DNA of 64,000 nucleotides. It comes from Octopus vulgaris. Taxonomy: Eukaryota. The stretch spans positions 88,474,001-88,538,000 of the forward strand of contig OX597824.1 of NCBI GenBank assembly GCA_951406725.2, given 5' to 3'. A program made the position numbers and the translations under genes. The notes beneath the pieces are model-generated. The model was given only the letters and a program-made list of their open reading frames with translations, made no database searches and was not told the DNA's origin. The number at the start of each line of letters is the position of its first letter. The first letter of the stretch is position 1. Positions 12,810 through 25,687 of this stretch are shown piece by piece.

Positions 12810-13209
12810 TCTTTACTTACTTGTTTCAGTCATTTGACTGCGGCCATGCTGGAGCACCGCCTTTAGTCTAGCAAATCGACCTTGTGACTTATTCTTTTGT
12901 AAGCACAGTACTTATTCTATCGGTCTCTTTTGCCGAACCGCTAATGTGACGGGGACGTAAACACACCACCATCGGTTGTCAAGCGATGTTGGGGGGACAA
13001 ACACAGACACACAAACATATACACACACATACATATATATATATACGACAGGCTTCTTTCAGTTTCCGTCTACCAAATCCACTCACAAGGCTTTGGTCGG
13101 CCTGGGGCTATAGCAGAAGACACTTGCCCAAGATGCCACGCAGTGGGACTGAACCCGGAACCATGTGGTTGGTAGACAAGCTACTTACCACACAGCCACT
13201 CCTGCGCCT
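12810..13209 (-). mobile_element. Family B SINE, full length
   Basis: Reverse complement begins ggcgcaggagtggctgtgtggtaagtagc (A box) ...ggttcagtccc (B box)...ttgggcaagtg; internal CA/TA microsatellite. Confidence 0.85.
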
Positions 13210-13389
13210 TTTATCTTTTTCTTCCTTTTTTTTGTTAGTTTTTGTCATGTAGTATCCCACATTTTGAAATACTTGCAATTTGTATTTTTACTGCTTATGT
13301 TAGCTCTGCTTGATACATTTCCAAAATTAAACATTTTAATATGCAAAATATACTTCACATTATTACATCTATGCATTAATGCAAAAAAT

Positions 13390-13884
13390 ATTGTATTTAT
13401 AGGCTATCTTCAAAATGATCACACCATCAATGGAAAATTTCAATGCCGACTTCCTAAGGCAGTTATGAAAGGCTATCAAGACCAAACACCCAGAAAAACT
13501 GATGAATAGGGGTCTTGTTTCATTAGGACAATGCTTCAGCACACAAGTCCTTGGTTTCAATGGCTGCTGTGTGTGACTGGCTTTGAACTGGTTGATCATC
13601 CTCCCTATGTTAGTGATTTGGTTCCTTCTGGTTATTATCTATTTCCCAACATAGAAAAACACTCAGCTGAGCACCAGTATCACTATGATGAGAACATTTT
13701 ATCTGTTGTTGATGACTATTTTGATCAACAGAAAAGCTTCTTCACCAGTGCGACCTAAGCACTGCAACTACTAATGGAAGTGTGTGGACAGTAAGAGAAA
13801 CTGTGTTAGAAAATGAACTTCATTTGGTCACATTCCATTGAGAGTGTCTTGCTCAGATTATGAACATTTCAGCCAACCCTCATA
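13390..13884 (+). mobile_element. Mariner relic, 3' part of transposase
   Basis: GVLFH*DNASAHKS and GFELVDHPPYVSDLVPSGYYLFPNIEK; end ...cagccaaccctcata. Confidence 0.75.
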
Positions 13885-14449
13885 ATAATAAAAATTATTA
13901 TTATACCTGCATTTGTTTTAATATTAACATTGGAAAAATCCACATTTTTCATTAAAAAATTAGGACCTGGGTTTGAAGCCCCTTAGCAAATTTTGTTGCT
14001 GGGTCACTGGATGTGATTATAAATCTCATTTTTATCTAATCCTAGACTGTTTATAGTGTTGGTGTATTACCTCATTTTAATTCTGAAGAGCTCTATGATC
14101 AAAGGCATTCCAGCTATGACCAACCCATAGAACATAAGTCTAAAGTTTACATTACCCAATGTATTCTTTTTTAAGATGCTAGGGTGTGGTTTGAAGGGTT
14201 TTGGCTATTATTACTAACAGGTCAAGATACCATGTAGAGGCTCCCTCATAGGATTGTCTAATTCTAGAAAATTTGCAACTCATGTAAAAAAAAAAAAATC
14301 AAGGAAACACCTGTTTGTAAATTTAGAAATGCTTCTACCTGTGCTGGGAAAGGCAATTACAATAAGCTACATGACTAAAGCATTCTCAATCAGTAATGAT
14401 GAATTTATTCTTAAACCAAGGTGTGATTAATTAGAACAACAAATAAAAA

Positions 14450-14915
14450 AAAAGGTGATGGAATAATTACATCGTTTATCATCGATTCCAGAGCAACATG
14501 TAATTTAACCCTGCCGTAGCAATTATCCTGCTATGCGAAATCACACCTAAAACTAGACCGAATCACCTTTATTCATTGGGTGTTTGTTACCAAGTCTTTG
14601 AGGAGTGGTCGTGGTTTATTGAGTAATAAGAAAGCTTTTCTTGGTTTGGTTCAAACAAACTTCGTTGATATTTTATCAATAGTAAAAGGTGATTTCATTA
14701 CTAATCGATTCTCTAAAGTATTCGAAGGCATTGTGAAAGACTTTGTTAAAATTATCAATCAACCGTGATACAAAACCTGAAAGACAGGCTGTGAAACAAA
14801 TATTGTTTCGTGCAAAGAAATAATTAGAAGAAACTGAACATGCGTTAAGACTGGATAGGATTGAAAATGTTAATGGCTTTCACAAAAGGGGTCTCACCGT
14901 TAGTTGCTGCTGCTC
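14450..14915 (+). mobile_element. Ty3/Gypsy pol relic: aspartic protease to RT N-terminus
   Basis: FIIDSRATCNL (decayed DSG) at ~14475-14507; GLLSNKKAFLGLV; FSKVFEGIVKDF; frameshifted ..KPERQAVKQILFRAKK*LEE..RIENVNG; GVSPLVAA (cf. WVSPLVVV). Confidence 0.7.
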
Positions 14916-14920
14916 TACAA

Positions 14921-15875
14921 AATAATAATAATAATAATAATGAAATTATTGTATACAGTGCTCAGGTGCACCACAACAGATCTTTTCGGTTTGAACGGCA
15001 GTTTTTTCTAGCGGTGTCATATGAAATTGTCACCCATAATTATGACCCTAGTATTGATCTATTGCATTTCAATCTATTTTAGGGTTAGAGTTAGGGTTAG
15101 TTAGGGTTAGGGTTAGGGGTAGGGGAAGGGTATCTTTTTTTCTTCAGAAATGTAAATAAACCCAATCTATTTCTTAAACGAGGGATATATTCATACGGCA
15201 CAGAATGTTTTTTACCTCAATAGACGTCATTGATTGGTTGAAATTGCAGAAATTGAAGAAAAAAAACTACAAATATCTTACAAACTATAGAATTTTCTCA
15301 ATAAAGCCAAGAGAAAATGATGTTTTATAAGCTCATTCTACCAGTATACGAAGTTTAAATGTGTTTAGTTACGTGGAAATTATTTTTAAAAACTGCCATT
15401 CAAACCGAAAGTGCGTATAAAGCATATGCAGTAATGTAGAAATGTCTGGAAAGCGAACAGTGTATGAGTCAGATACATGCTTGTGTGTGTATGGAGGGGA
15501 GAAAATCAGGTGTAGTGTTGGCGAATCTCAGGAAGCATGGAAGTTTTGGAGGATGCAGTGCTCCGACAACTAACAACTGATGCCGGCAGTTTGTTCCATG
15601 CTTCAGCAACTCTTAGCGTGAAAAAATATTTCCGAAAGTCATGGGAGCTGTGCTGTTTTCTGACTTTGTAAACATGTCTACGAGTGTTAGACAGGTGGAG
15701 TTTGAAAAGGTGCTCAGAGTTATTGTTTGTAAGATGGTTAATAATTTTATGGGTGTCTGCCAAGTCAGCTGCCAGACGTCAGAGTTTCAATGTATCCATG
15801 CCCAGAGAGGTAAGGCATTCAGAATATGGCAGATGCCTGATTGAGGGTATTCTCTTGGTTGCACGTCACTGAATA
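14921..15875 (-). mobile_element. CR1-clade LINE 3' fragment with (ATT)n tail, 3' UTR interrupted by a MITE
   Basis: RRATKRIPSIRHLPYSECLTSLG and ORF 15506-15763 TRRHVYKVRKQHSSHDFRKYFFTLRVAEAWNKLPASVV, typical of the CR1 ORF2 C-terminus; (AAT)n at 14921-14941. Confidence 0.8.
14978..15411 (+). mobile_element. MITE with internal (TTAGGG)n, copy 1 (right end clipped)
   Basis: TIR gatcttttcggtttgaacggcagttttt / aaaaactgccattcaaaccgaaag; TTAGGG-like run ~15079-15120. Confidence 0.8.
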
Positions 15876-16007
15876 GTTTCCATTCGATTAATATCCTGGG
15901 CAAAATAGGGGTTTCAGACCGGTGATGCAAATTCCAGGTGAGGTCGTACCATAGCTTTATATATAAAGCTCCAGATAGATAGCCGGAGAGCAACTCACAA
16001 AGGACTT

Positions 16008-17275
16008 GGTGATGGCTGCATTTAATTGTGTTTGAACCTACACAGAGCAAAATCAACTAGCCAAAATAGACGAAGATCAATACCTACTGTTGAAGAGATA
16101 CTGGAAAATTTGAATGGATTAGCTTCTTTTCGAAACTTGATCTTAATATGGACTGTCGCCAAATAGAATTATATGAACCATTGCATCATGTAACATACTT
16201 TGAATCTTTTTGGTTTGACTGGCAGTTTTTAAAAATAATTTCCACGTAACTAAACACTTTTAAACTTCGTATACTGGTAGAATGTGTTTATAAAACATCT
16301 TTTTCTCTTGGCTTTATTGAGAAAATTCTATAGTTTGTAAGATATTTGTTGTTTTTTTCTTCAATTTCTGCAATTTCAACCAATCAATGACGTCTATTGA
16401 GGTGAAAACATTCTGTGCTGTATAAATATGTCCCTCGTTTAAGAAACAGATTGGGTTTATTTACATTTCTGAAGAAAAAAAGATACCCTTCCCTCACCCC
16501 TAACCCTAACTAACCCTAACTGTAACCCTAACCCTAAAACAGATTGAAATGCAATAGATCGATACTAGGGTCATAATTATGGGTGACAATTTCATATGAC
16601 ACCGCCTGAAAAAACTGCCGGTCAAACCGAAAAGATCCCATACTTTTCCCCAGCAAATATCTGTAGCAGAGGTTGGTTATTGGAATTTCCTCAGCATTTG
16701 AAGAATTTCCGGAATGTACTAACCTTTTAAAATCTGAAGCTAGTAGAAGTAATATTGCAGATAATATTCCAGACTAACAAATCGTAAAAATAGTAAAAAG
16801 GTTTGAAATGACGGTCGGTATTTGGATGATAATGTGTAACAGTGACCTTTCATTAAATCCCGTGAAATGTACTTAGGTGGGAAATAAATACAATAAATAC
16901 AATAATTTTAGCTGCCACTAAAATAGACTTTCTATTGATATAAAAGGAACGGAAAATATGAGTAGGTAATGTACAATAGGAAGAATTATAGGAATTAAAA
17001 CAATGCATAACATCACGTACAATAATATTACATCGACACCGGACACAGCTTTTATGTTGATGTCAATCCTGTCCAATTGGACGCCATGCTGGTGTATGAC
17101 TCCAGATGCATCTAAAAGCAATTTCACAAATCGAACAAGTGTTGTCACACTAATGAAGGAAGGTCTTCCTGTGTTAATGGCAAGTGAAATATTCCACACA
17201 TATTTGTAAAACAGAACATTCAATATACTCAGTGACCATCGACCAGTGATAGCCTTATTTAACTGTTGTCCAAAG
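16008..17275 (+). mobile_element. Ty3/Gypsy pol relic continued: RT and RNase H (split by a MITE)
   Basis: IPTVEEILENLNG..SKLDLNMDCRQIEL; RLVIGISSAFEEF; NIADNI (decayed YxDD); YVDVNPVQLDAML; KEGLPVLMASEIFHTYL*NRTFNILSDHRPV. Confidence 0.75.
16202..16638 (-). mobile_element. MITE with internal (CCCTAA)n, copy 2, 8-bp TSD (Merlin-like)
   Basis: Inverted near-copy of 14978-15411; TSD catacttt at 16194-16201 and 16639-16646; right end ...aaaagatcc. Confidence 0.85.
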
Positions 17276-17619
17276 TAATTAATTGTTAAGAATGAAGTTT
17301 GTGTTTGATTTGCCTAGTTTCTTCATTTGTTTTATGTTTGATTTCATTCCTTTTGCTACATATTAAAGAATGTATATCTGTGTTTTAAATTCAGAAATGT
17401 GTGTTATATAGTAATGCTTATATGCCAACAGAATGTGGCAGCCCTATACAGGACGATGTTACTGTTTTTATAGCCCCAGGGAAACATCTTTTCCAGCGGG
17501 CTTTGCAGAAAAGAAAGATCAGATTTGGGGGGCAAAAAGAAAACAAAGGAGCTATTTCCTCAGATTTGGGGGCAAAAACAAAGGAGCTATTTCCAAATAA
17601 ATAAATAAACAAATTTTAA

Positions 17620-17838
17620 CCCTTTCATTATCAACCTGGTTGAAACCGACTCTGACTCTGTAATACAAATGTCTTTTCATAAGTTTTGAATTAAAATCTT
17701 CCACCAAACTTTAGTCACAATTTATGTTCCTAACACTAGTTTAATGATAACTAAGTTATTTTACTAAATTCTTTGTTTATATCTAAAGTAATTGAAAGAA
17801 ACACAGAGCATCTCAAAATAAATATGGTAACGAAAGGG
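17620..17838. mobile_element. piggyBac-like MITE
   Basis: ttaa|ccctttcattatc ... ggtaacgaaaggg|tcaa; homologous to 10324-10546. Confidence 0.65.
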
Positions 17839-18200
17839 TCAAGTACTAATCTTGTGAATGGTACCACTCCCAGCAGATCCCCAGGGTCCCACTCAACATG
17901 TCTTGCACTCAAGCTTGATCTTTTCATCTTGGGGGAATGACAGTGACATTGGTATATACAACTGTTTTGTGATCTGCACCCAGCAATTTCATCTGCTTCA
18001 GATGAAGATGAAAATTCTTGTCTGGCTATGTGATGTTGTCTAGATCTCCCACTTATAATGGCTCTAAACCTTCCTGAAAGACCTTCAACTAATTGTATTT
18101 GAAATTTCCATCGTGGTTTCTTTCTGTTTTCCTGAGAAATATTGGTAGAATCATATGGCCCAGAATGTTCATGTTTACCTGTCATCAATGAACACATATT

Positions 18201-18502
18201 GGAGGCACATGGCCTAATGGTTAGAGCAGTGGACTCATGGTCGAGGGATCGCACGTTCGAATCTCAGACCAGGCGGTGTGTGTGTTTATGAGTGAAACAC
18301 CTAAGCTCCACATGGCTCCGGCAGAAGGTAATGGCAAATTTCTGCTGACTCTTTCATCACAACTTTCTCTCACTCTTTCCTCCTGCATCTTGCAGCCCTC
18401 CTGCGACGGACCAGCGTCCCATCCAGGTGGAGAAACTATACGCCAAGGAAACCAGGAAACCGGCCCTTATGAGCCAGGTACGGCTCGAGAAGGAACAAAC
18501 AC
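18201..18502 (+). mobile_element. Family C tRNA-derived SINE
   Basis: ggaggcacatggcctaatggttagagc (A box), gttcgaatc (B box). Confidence 0.85.
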
Positions 18503-18802
18503 ATATATGTCACTAAGATTACTCAACTCAGGTGATTGTTGCATTCTTCAGCAATTTCTGGTTTGAATTTTTCTCTCCCATATTTCCAGATAACTGTTTT
18601 GAATTTTGCAGAACCTACTGATGACCAGAAAACATATTTCTTATCTTCATACCCAACAGCAAGTAGTGGATGAGATTGTGAACTGCACAGATAGTTCTCC
18701 AGATGTTATGGTTAGTTTCTGTTGCCGAGGTGACATGATCAGTGTGGAGAGATTTTCTAATTATTAGAGGTATTAGCTGATTTGCTGTACATGTGATTGT
18801 TG

Positions 18803-19063
18803 CTTGTTCCTTCTCGGGCCATCCCTGGCTCTTAAGGGCCGGTTTCCCGGTTTCCTTGGTGTATAGGTTCCCCACCTGGATGGGACACCGGTCCGTCGCA
18901 GGTGAGCTTCAAGATGCAGGAGGAAAGAGTGAGAGAAAGTTGTGGCGAAAGAGTCAGTAGAAGTTTGCCATTACCTTCTGCTGGATCCACGTGGAGCTTA
19001 GGTGTTTCACTCATAAACATACACATGGCCCGGTCTGAGATTTGAACCGGCGATCCCTTGACC
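18803..19063 (-). mobile_element. Family C SINE, inverted relative to 18201
   Basis: Reverse complement aligns to the body of 18201-18502. Confidence 0.8.
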
Positions 19064-19434
19064 GTGAGCACATGTGATACAAATAGATGATGAATGCTAA
19101 GAGACAAAGATCTCAATAGAAGTCCTAAAGAAGGTTAAGTTGTTAGGGCTCCAGAAGAAGATGACAAAAGAATAGGAGTAGAGAGATCCTGTAGAACATT
19201 CCTGTTTAAGATAATGAAGATAATTAAGGTAGCGGAAACTCCCAATGCTGTTAATTCATTCGTAGAACTCTAAGTAATTTGTTATGTAGTGATGGAGCTT
19301 TTATAACTTTTTTTTGCCCTTACTTTTTCTATTGATCTTTACCTGTCTACCTTGGCTGATATATACCTGACAACAGACCGAGCACCTGTTATTCTGAGAT
19401 TTCTACTCAGTTACCACTGTAATCGTACACACAT

Positions 19435-19447
19435 ATCTATCTATCTA

Positions 19448-19507
<60 letters not shown>

Positions 19508-19513
19508 TATATC

Positions 19514-19585
<72 letters not shown>

Positions 19586-19636
19586 CCTACTTATCTATCC
19601 ATCTATCTATCCATCAAGCTAGCTGTCTGTCTGTCT
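19435..19636. repeat. (TCTA)n/(TCTG)n microsatellite
   Basis: Visible directly. Confidence 0.95.
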
Positions 19637-19985
19637 GCACAGGCATGGTTGTGTGGTAAGAAGTTTTCTTCTCAACCATATAGTTCTGGTGCCACAATGT
19701 GGCACCTTGGGCAAGTGTCTTCTACTGTAGCCCCAGGCTGACCAAAAGCTTGTGGGTGGACTTGGTAGATGGAAACTGAAAGGAGTCCATTGTATGTGTG
19801 TGTGTGTGCTTGCAGTTGTATATGTTGGTTTGTTTATGTCCCTGTAACTTTGGGGTTCAGCCAGAGAAACCATTAGAATAAGTGCCAGACTAAAAAAAGA
19901 ACACAACTACTGGGGTCAATTGGTTTAACTAAACCCTTCAAGGTAGTGCCCCAGTATGGCTGTAGTCCATTGACTGGAACAGATA
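19637..19985 (+). mobile_element. Family B SINE, degenerate
   Basis: gtgtggtaagaag...ccttgggcaagtgtcttctac...tgactggaac. Confidence 0.75.
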
Positions 19986-19987
19986 TA

Positions 19988-20650
<663 letters not shown>

Positions 20651-20824
20651 TTTACCTTAGATATTAAATATTTAACATAATAAATGTGTTGTAGGAAATA
20701 ATCATAATGTTTTAAGTTTCAAATTTGGTTAATAGGAGTTTCTTCTTTAAGAAAAATTATTATTTTATTTATTTTTTAAATAAATATTGTTTAACTCTAT
20801 TTGCTTATTTATTTAATTATTGTT

Positions 20825-20924
20825 AACCTGAAGATTGACTATAATTTTAAATTGAATTTATTTAAATTAAATTTGAATTTAATTGTAATTCGAATTTAAT
20901 TGTAGCCATGAAACGTATGTAGTT
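20825..20924 (+). ncRNA. Hammerhead-ribozyme-like motif (type I, long AU-rich stem II)
   Basis: aac-CTGAAGA(20828-34)-ttgactataatt..aattgtagccat-GAAA(20910-13)-cgtat-GTA-gtt. Confidence 0.45.
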
Positions 20925-21101
20925 TTTTTTACTTATTATATATTGATTATTCATTTTTATACTTTTTGAGATCTAGTTATATGTTTTATAAAAATATATT
21001 TTATTTGTTATTTATGTTTTGGTTTGTGTCTATCACTGTCTGAGTTGCATAATAGTGGTTTTATCTCATTTATATTTTATATATATATATATATATTAAT
21101 A

Positions 21102-21339
21102 ATAGCGATCACTGTTCAATGACTAAGGAAAATAGTCTAATAATGGGGCATATAAGCGCTCGCTTGACAAAAAACGTAGGCTTTCCTATCTGCATGGGAT
21201 ACAAACCCACATCCCTTTGTTAACATGACTAAGTGTGTTACCATATCACGCAGATAGGAAAGCTTACTTTTTTTCTGTCGAGGGCTTATATGCCCCATTA
21301 TTAGACTGTTTTCCTTAGTCATTGCACGGTGATCACTAT
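21102..21339. mobile_element. Fold-back element / MITE with ~95-bp inverted arms
   Basis: atagcgatcactgttcaatgactaaggaaaatagtctaataatggggcatataagc.. / ..gcttatatgccccattattagactgttttccttagtcattgcacggtgatcactat. Confidence 0.8.
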
Positions 21340-21436
21340 AAGCTTTAAGCTTATATAAATACCATTATTTACAGGATTGTAAAACATTGCACTGTATAAC
21401 AAAACCATTCACACCGAAAGCATATATATATACCTA

Positions 21437-21491
<55 letters not shown>

Positions 21492-21511
21492 ATATATATA
21501 TATATATATAT

Positions 21512-21870
21512 GGGAGAGTTCACAAAAAAAAAAGACAAAGACAGGTGGTGTACAAAACAAACATGTATTAGTATAACGCTCAGGAATAGAAAAAGTCTTT
21601 TACGTTTTGAGCCTATGCTCTTCTACAGAAAGAAACAAGGAGAGAAAAAAAAATGTGTGTAGTGGCTAACAATCTATATATAGGGAGAGTTTAGGTAAAA
21701 AAAACAAAAGACGAAGGCAGGTGGTGTACAAAACAAACAGTTGTATAAGTATAATGCTCAGGAATTGAAAAAGTCTTTTACATTTTGAGCCTATGCTCTT
21801 CTACAGAAAGGGACACAGAAAAAAAACAAAGAGAGTAAAAAATGTGTGTAGTGGCCAACGATCTATCATG
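21512..21870 (-). mobile_element. Tandem pair of Penelope-like pseudo-LTR cassettes with degenerate hammerhead-like motifs
   Basis: Two ~170-bp units starting gggagagtt (21512, 21683); minus strand tcttt-CTGTAGA-agagc-atag-gctc-AAAA-c-GTA-aaaga. Confidence 0.5.
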
Positions 21871-22404
21871 GTGACTCATGATAGTTTATATATATATAAA
21901 TTCTAATCCATTTTGCCTGCACAAGATCTTTGACTTAAATCACTTTAGTGCTTTTAATTATTATCAACCCGTTTATGAATGTACAGATTAAGTTGGTCAC
22001 ATAAGGCTTTGATCACTAATGCTTTCAATTGCTCAAAAGAAATCAATATTAAGTAGATGAATGCAAATCAATATTTGCGATAGAACCTTTAGACAGTTCA
22101 AGACTAACATAAACTGTAAAGATGTTATGCATGTTTCAAGTTATTAAGTGCTGTCCATTATGCATTTATAAATGTAGTCTTTAAAACATCATAATCTGCT
22201 TATTCTTTGTAATCCATGGTGAAGATTAGCTTGGAAGGAATGCTTCTTATAATTTTAATAGTATAAAATATTATGGCTAATGTGTGACAGGGATAGACTG
22301 TTAAGGCAAAGCCATATGTTCAAGTTCAGCAACACTGCGTGTGTAGCATGTCTAGAGCAGTGGATCCATATTATTCTTCTAATTCTTCTAATTCTTTTAT
22401 TCTT

Positions 22405-22875
<471 letters not shown>

Positions 22876-23089
22876 AGAAAAAAAAACATGCATCTTATAT
22901 GCCATCAAATTCAGAAATTACTGAAATTTATGACAGAAAATCTATAATCTTTACACTCTGGACAATCATGGATTTTAATTTGATGGCTGTTTAATCCACA
23001 AACTGTGTAACTTCCTCAAAGATTGTTTTATATTTGGTATATAATATATTGTTGATGTTGTTACTGCTGTTGTTCTGTTGCCGTTGCTG

Positions 23090-23447
23090 TTGAGCAAAGT
23101 GGTTTTCGTCCCAGAGGGAGAAGTCCGAAACGTGGTCCTTTGCTATTCGTAAGACCCGCAGAAGAGAAGGCAGGTTAACTCCCGACACCGAGAGCATCGA
23201 CGGATGGATGAATGCGCATCCAGGCTCAGCGGTTGCGTAGGAAGTCGGGGACAAGAAACAGGAAGAAAGAGTGAGAGAAAGTTGGAGTGAAAGAGTACAA
23301 CAGGGATCACCACCACCCCCTGCCGGAGCCTCGTGGAACTTTAGGTGTTTTCGCTCAATAAACACACACAATATCCGGTCTGGGAATCGAAACCGCGATC
23401 CTCCGACCACGAGTCCGCTGCCCTAACCACTGGGCCATTGCATCTCC
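23090..23447 (-). mobile_element. Family C-related SINE with (CAA)-rich tail
   Basis: Head atgcaatggcccagtggttagggcagcggactcg; sister copy at 53440-53802. Confidence 0.8.
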
Positions 23448-23864
23448 TGTTACTGCTGTTGTTCTGTTGGTTATGTATCCCCCACAACTGACATGATTTA
23501 TTAATTGTTAACGATGTCTTTGATTATTAGTGGTTAATTATGTGTTTGTTGCTGTTAGTTTGGATAGTTTTAACAGTACTAATTGTATTGGTGGTTTTAC
23601 TGATATTGTTGAGATAAGTACTACTGCTGTTGATATGGCTTGTTCTTGATGTTATTGTTGGTATCGGTGACATTGTTATATTACTGACAACTAGCAGGCA
23701 CTCTTAATACAGCTGAAAAAGTTGTCATGAACTATAGAGGTTGGTAGCTTGGCTGGTCTGAAAAATACAAAAAAAGCACTAAATACTAGATATTGTGATT
23801 AACTGACACGGTCGTCCAAGTATGTAGGGGACTATAATGAATGCCATTAAACTCCTTTTTATCA

Positions 23865-24482
23865 TAGGCACAAGGCCTGGAATTTGTGGGGAGAGGGATA
23901 GTCGATCACATCAACCCTAGTACTTGACTGCAACTTGATTTATTGGCCCCAAAAGGATGAAAGGCAAAGTCAACCTCTGTGGAATTTGAACTCAGAACAT
24001 AAAGACAGATCAGCATTTTGCCCTGCATGCTAATGATTCTGCCAACTTGCCACATGTAATACCATTAAAATAAAAGGTAAATATGAGGAATGGGATCATT
24101 TATTACAAGGGGCTAACACAGAGGGGACAAACAAATGGATTAAGTTGATTACATCAACCCCAGTGTGTAACTCGTACTTATTTAATCGATCCCGAAAGGA
24201 TGAAAGGCAAAGTCGACCTCGGCAGAATTTGAACTCGGAATGTAGCGGCAGACGAAATACCTATTTCTTTACTACCCACAAGGGGCTAAACACAGAAGGG
24301 ACAAACAAGGACAGACAAACAGATAAAGTCGATTATATCGACCCCAGTGCGTAACTGGTACTTATTTAATCGACCCTGAAATGATGAAAGGCAAAGTCGA
24401 CCTTGGCAGAATTTGAACTCAGAACGTAATGGCAGACGAAATACTGCTAAGCATGCTAACATTTCTGCCAGTTCGCCACCTT
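23865..24482 (-). mobile_element. Cluster of family A SINEs (one old, one multimeric)
   Basis: Three aaggatgaaaggcaaagtc motifs; internal junction gacgaaatacctatttctttactacccac at ~24251. Confidence 0.8.
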
Positions 24483-25111
24483 ATTACTTATCTTTTATTG
24501 CTTACTTGTTTTACTCATTGGACTGTGGCCATGTTGGGACACCACCTTAAAAGGTTTGGTCCAGTAGTTCTCAGCCAGGGTCCACATGACCTTTGTGGGT
24601 TCATATAAGATTTGGTTGTTAAAAATAGGGTCTGATAAAACTGGTTGTACTTCTACAACACACAAAATATTTTAACAATTTTTTTTCTATGCAGTTCCTG
24701 GACAATTTCTATCCCAAATCATTTCTAGTGATTTATTAATTTATTCTTTTGTGATGTTAAATGTGTGAGGGACAAATTTCCACATGTATTGCATGATTTC
24801 TTTCACAAGTTAACTTCTCACATAAATTGAAATGTGTTTTTCAACCCTGAAGAATAAAACTGGCACCCCGTCAAATACGATGGCAATGATTCCAGTTGAT
24901 CTGATTAACAGAACAGCCTGTTTGTAAAATTAATGTGGGGATGATCTGGAAGAAGAGGGTCATGATGTCAAAGGTCAAGGGGCTGACTGGAAGAGGAAGC
25001 ACGAGGGGAGAAGTAGGGGCAGAGGGGCAAGCATCGGCCTCTTTTGCCCCGTCAGAGACATCGTCGATGAACGTTAGTGAATTCGCTCCCAGGTTGGTCA
25101 TATAGCAGCTG

Positions 25112-25407
25112 GAGGCACATGGCCTAGTGGTTAGAGCAGTGGACTTGCAGTCGAGGGATCGCGGGTTCGAATCTCAGACCGGGCGATGTGTGTGTTTATG
25201 AGCAAAACACCTAAGCTCCACACGGCTCCGGCAGAAGGTAATGGCGAACTTCTGCTGACTCTTTCACCACAACTTTCTCCCACTCTTTCATCCTGCATCT
25301 TGCAGCTCACCTGCAACAGACCGGTGTCCCGTCCAGTTGGGGAACTTATATGCTAAGGAAACCGGCCCTTTTGAGCCAGGCATGGCTCGAGAAGGAACAA
25401 ACAACAA
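25112..25407 (+). mobile_element. Family C SINE with 13-bp TSD
   Basis: catatagcagctg at 25099-25111 and 25408-25420; intact A and B boxes. Confidence 0.9.
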
Positions 25408-25687
25408 CATATAGCAGCTGATTATACTGGGTGACAGGGGTAGGGCAGGATCATCGGAGAGATTACCACTAGACAGGTGTCAACAAGAAGAAGGTAGGTG
25501 AACCTCTTTTCATTTTCCCATGCATGACAGTTAACATGCAAGTGGCTGAATACTCCACAGACAAAGCATAAAAACATACATACATTTTTATATATATTCC
25601 TCTTGATGTAGTTCTCAGGGAGATTCAGTGTGATACAGAATGTGACAAGGCTGGCCCTTTGAAATACAGGCACAATTCATTTTTGTC

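Noticed and set aside
15079-15120. TTAGGG run as a telomere or fusion scar
   Set aside because: Internal to a TIR-bounded MITE present twice in the window.
17395-17604. Possible coding exon KCVLYSNAYMPTECG...
   Set aside because: Acceptor is modest, the 3' part is a local tandem duplication, and there is no donor or homology.
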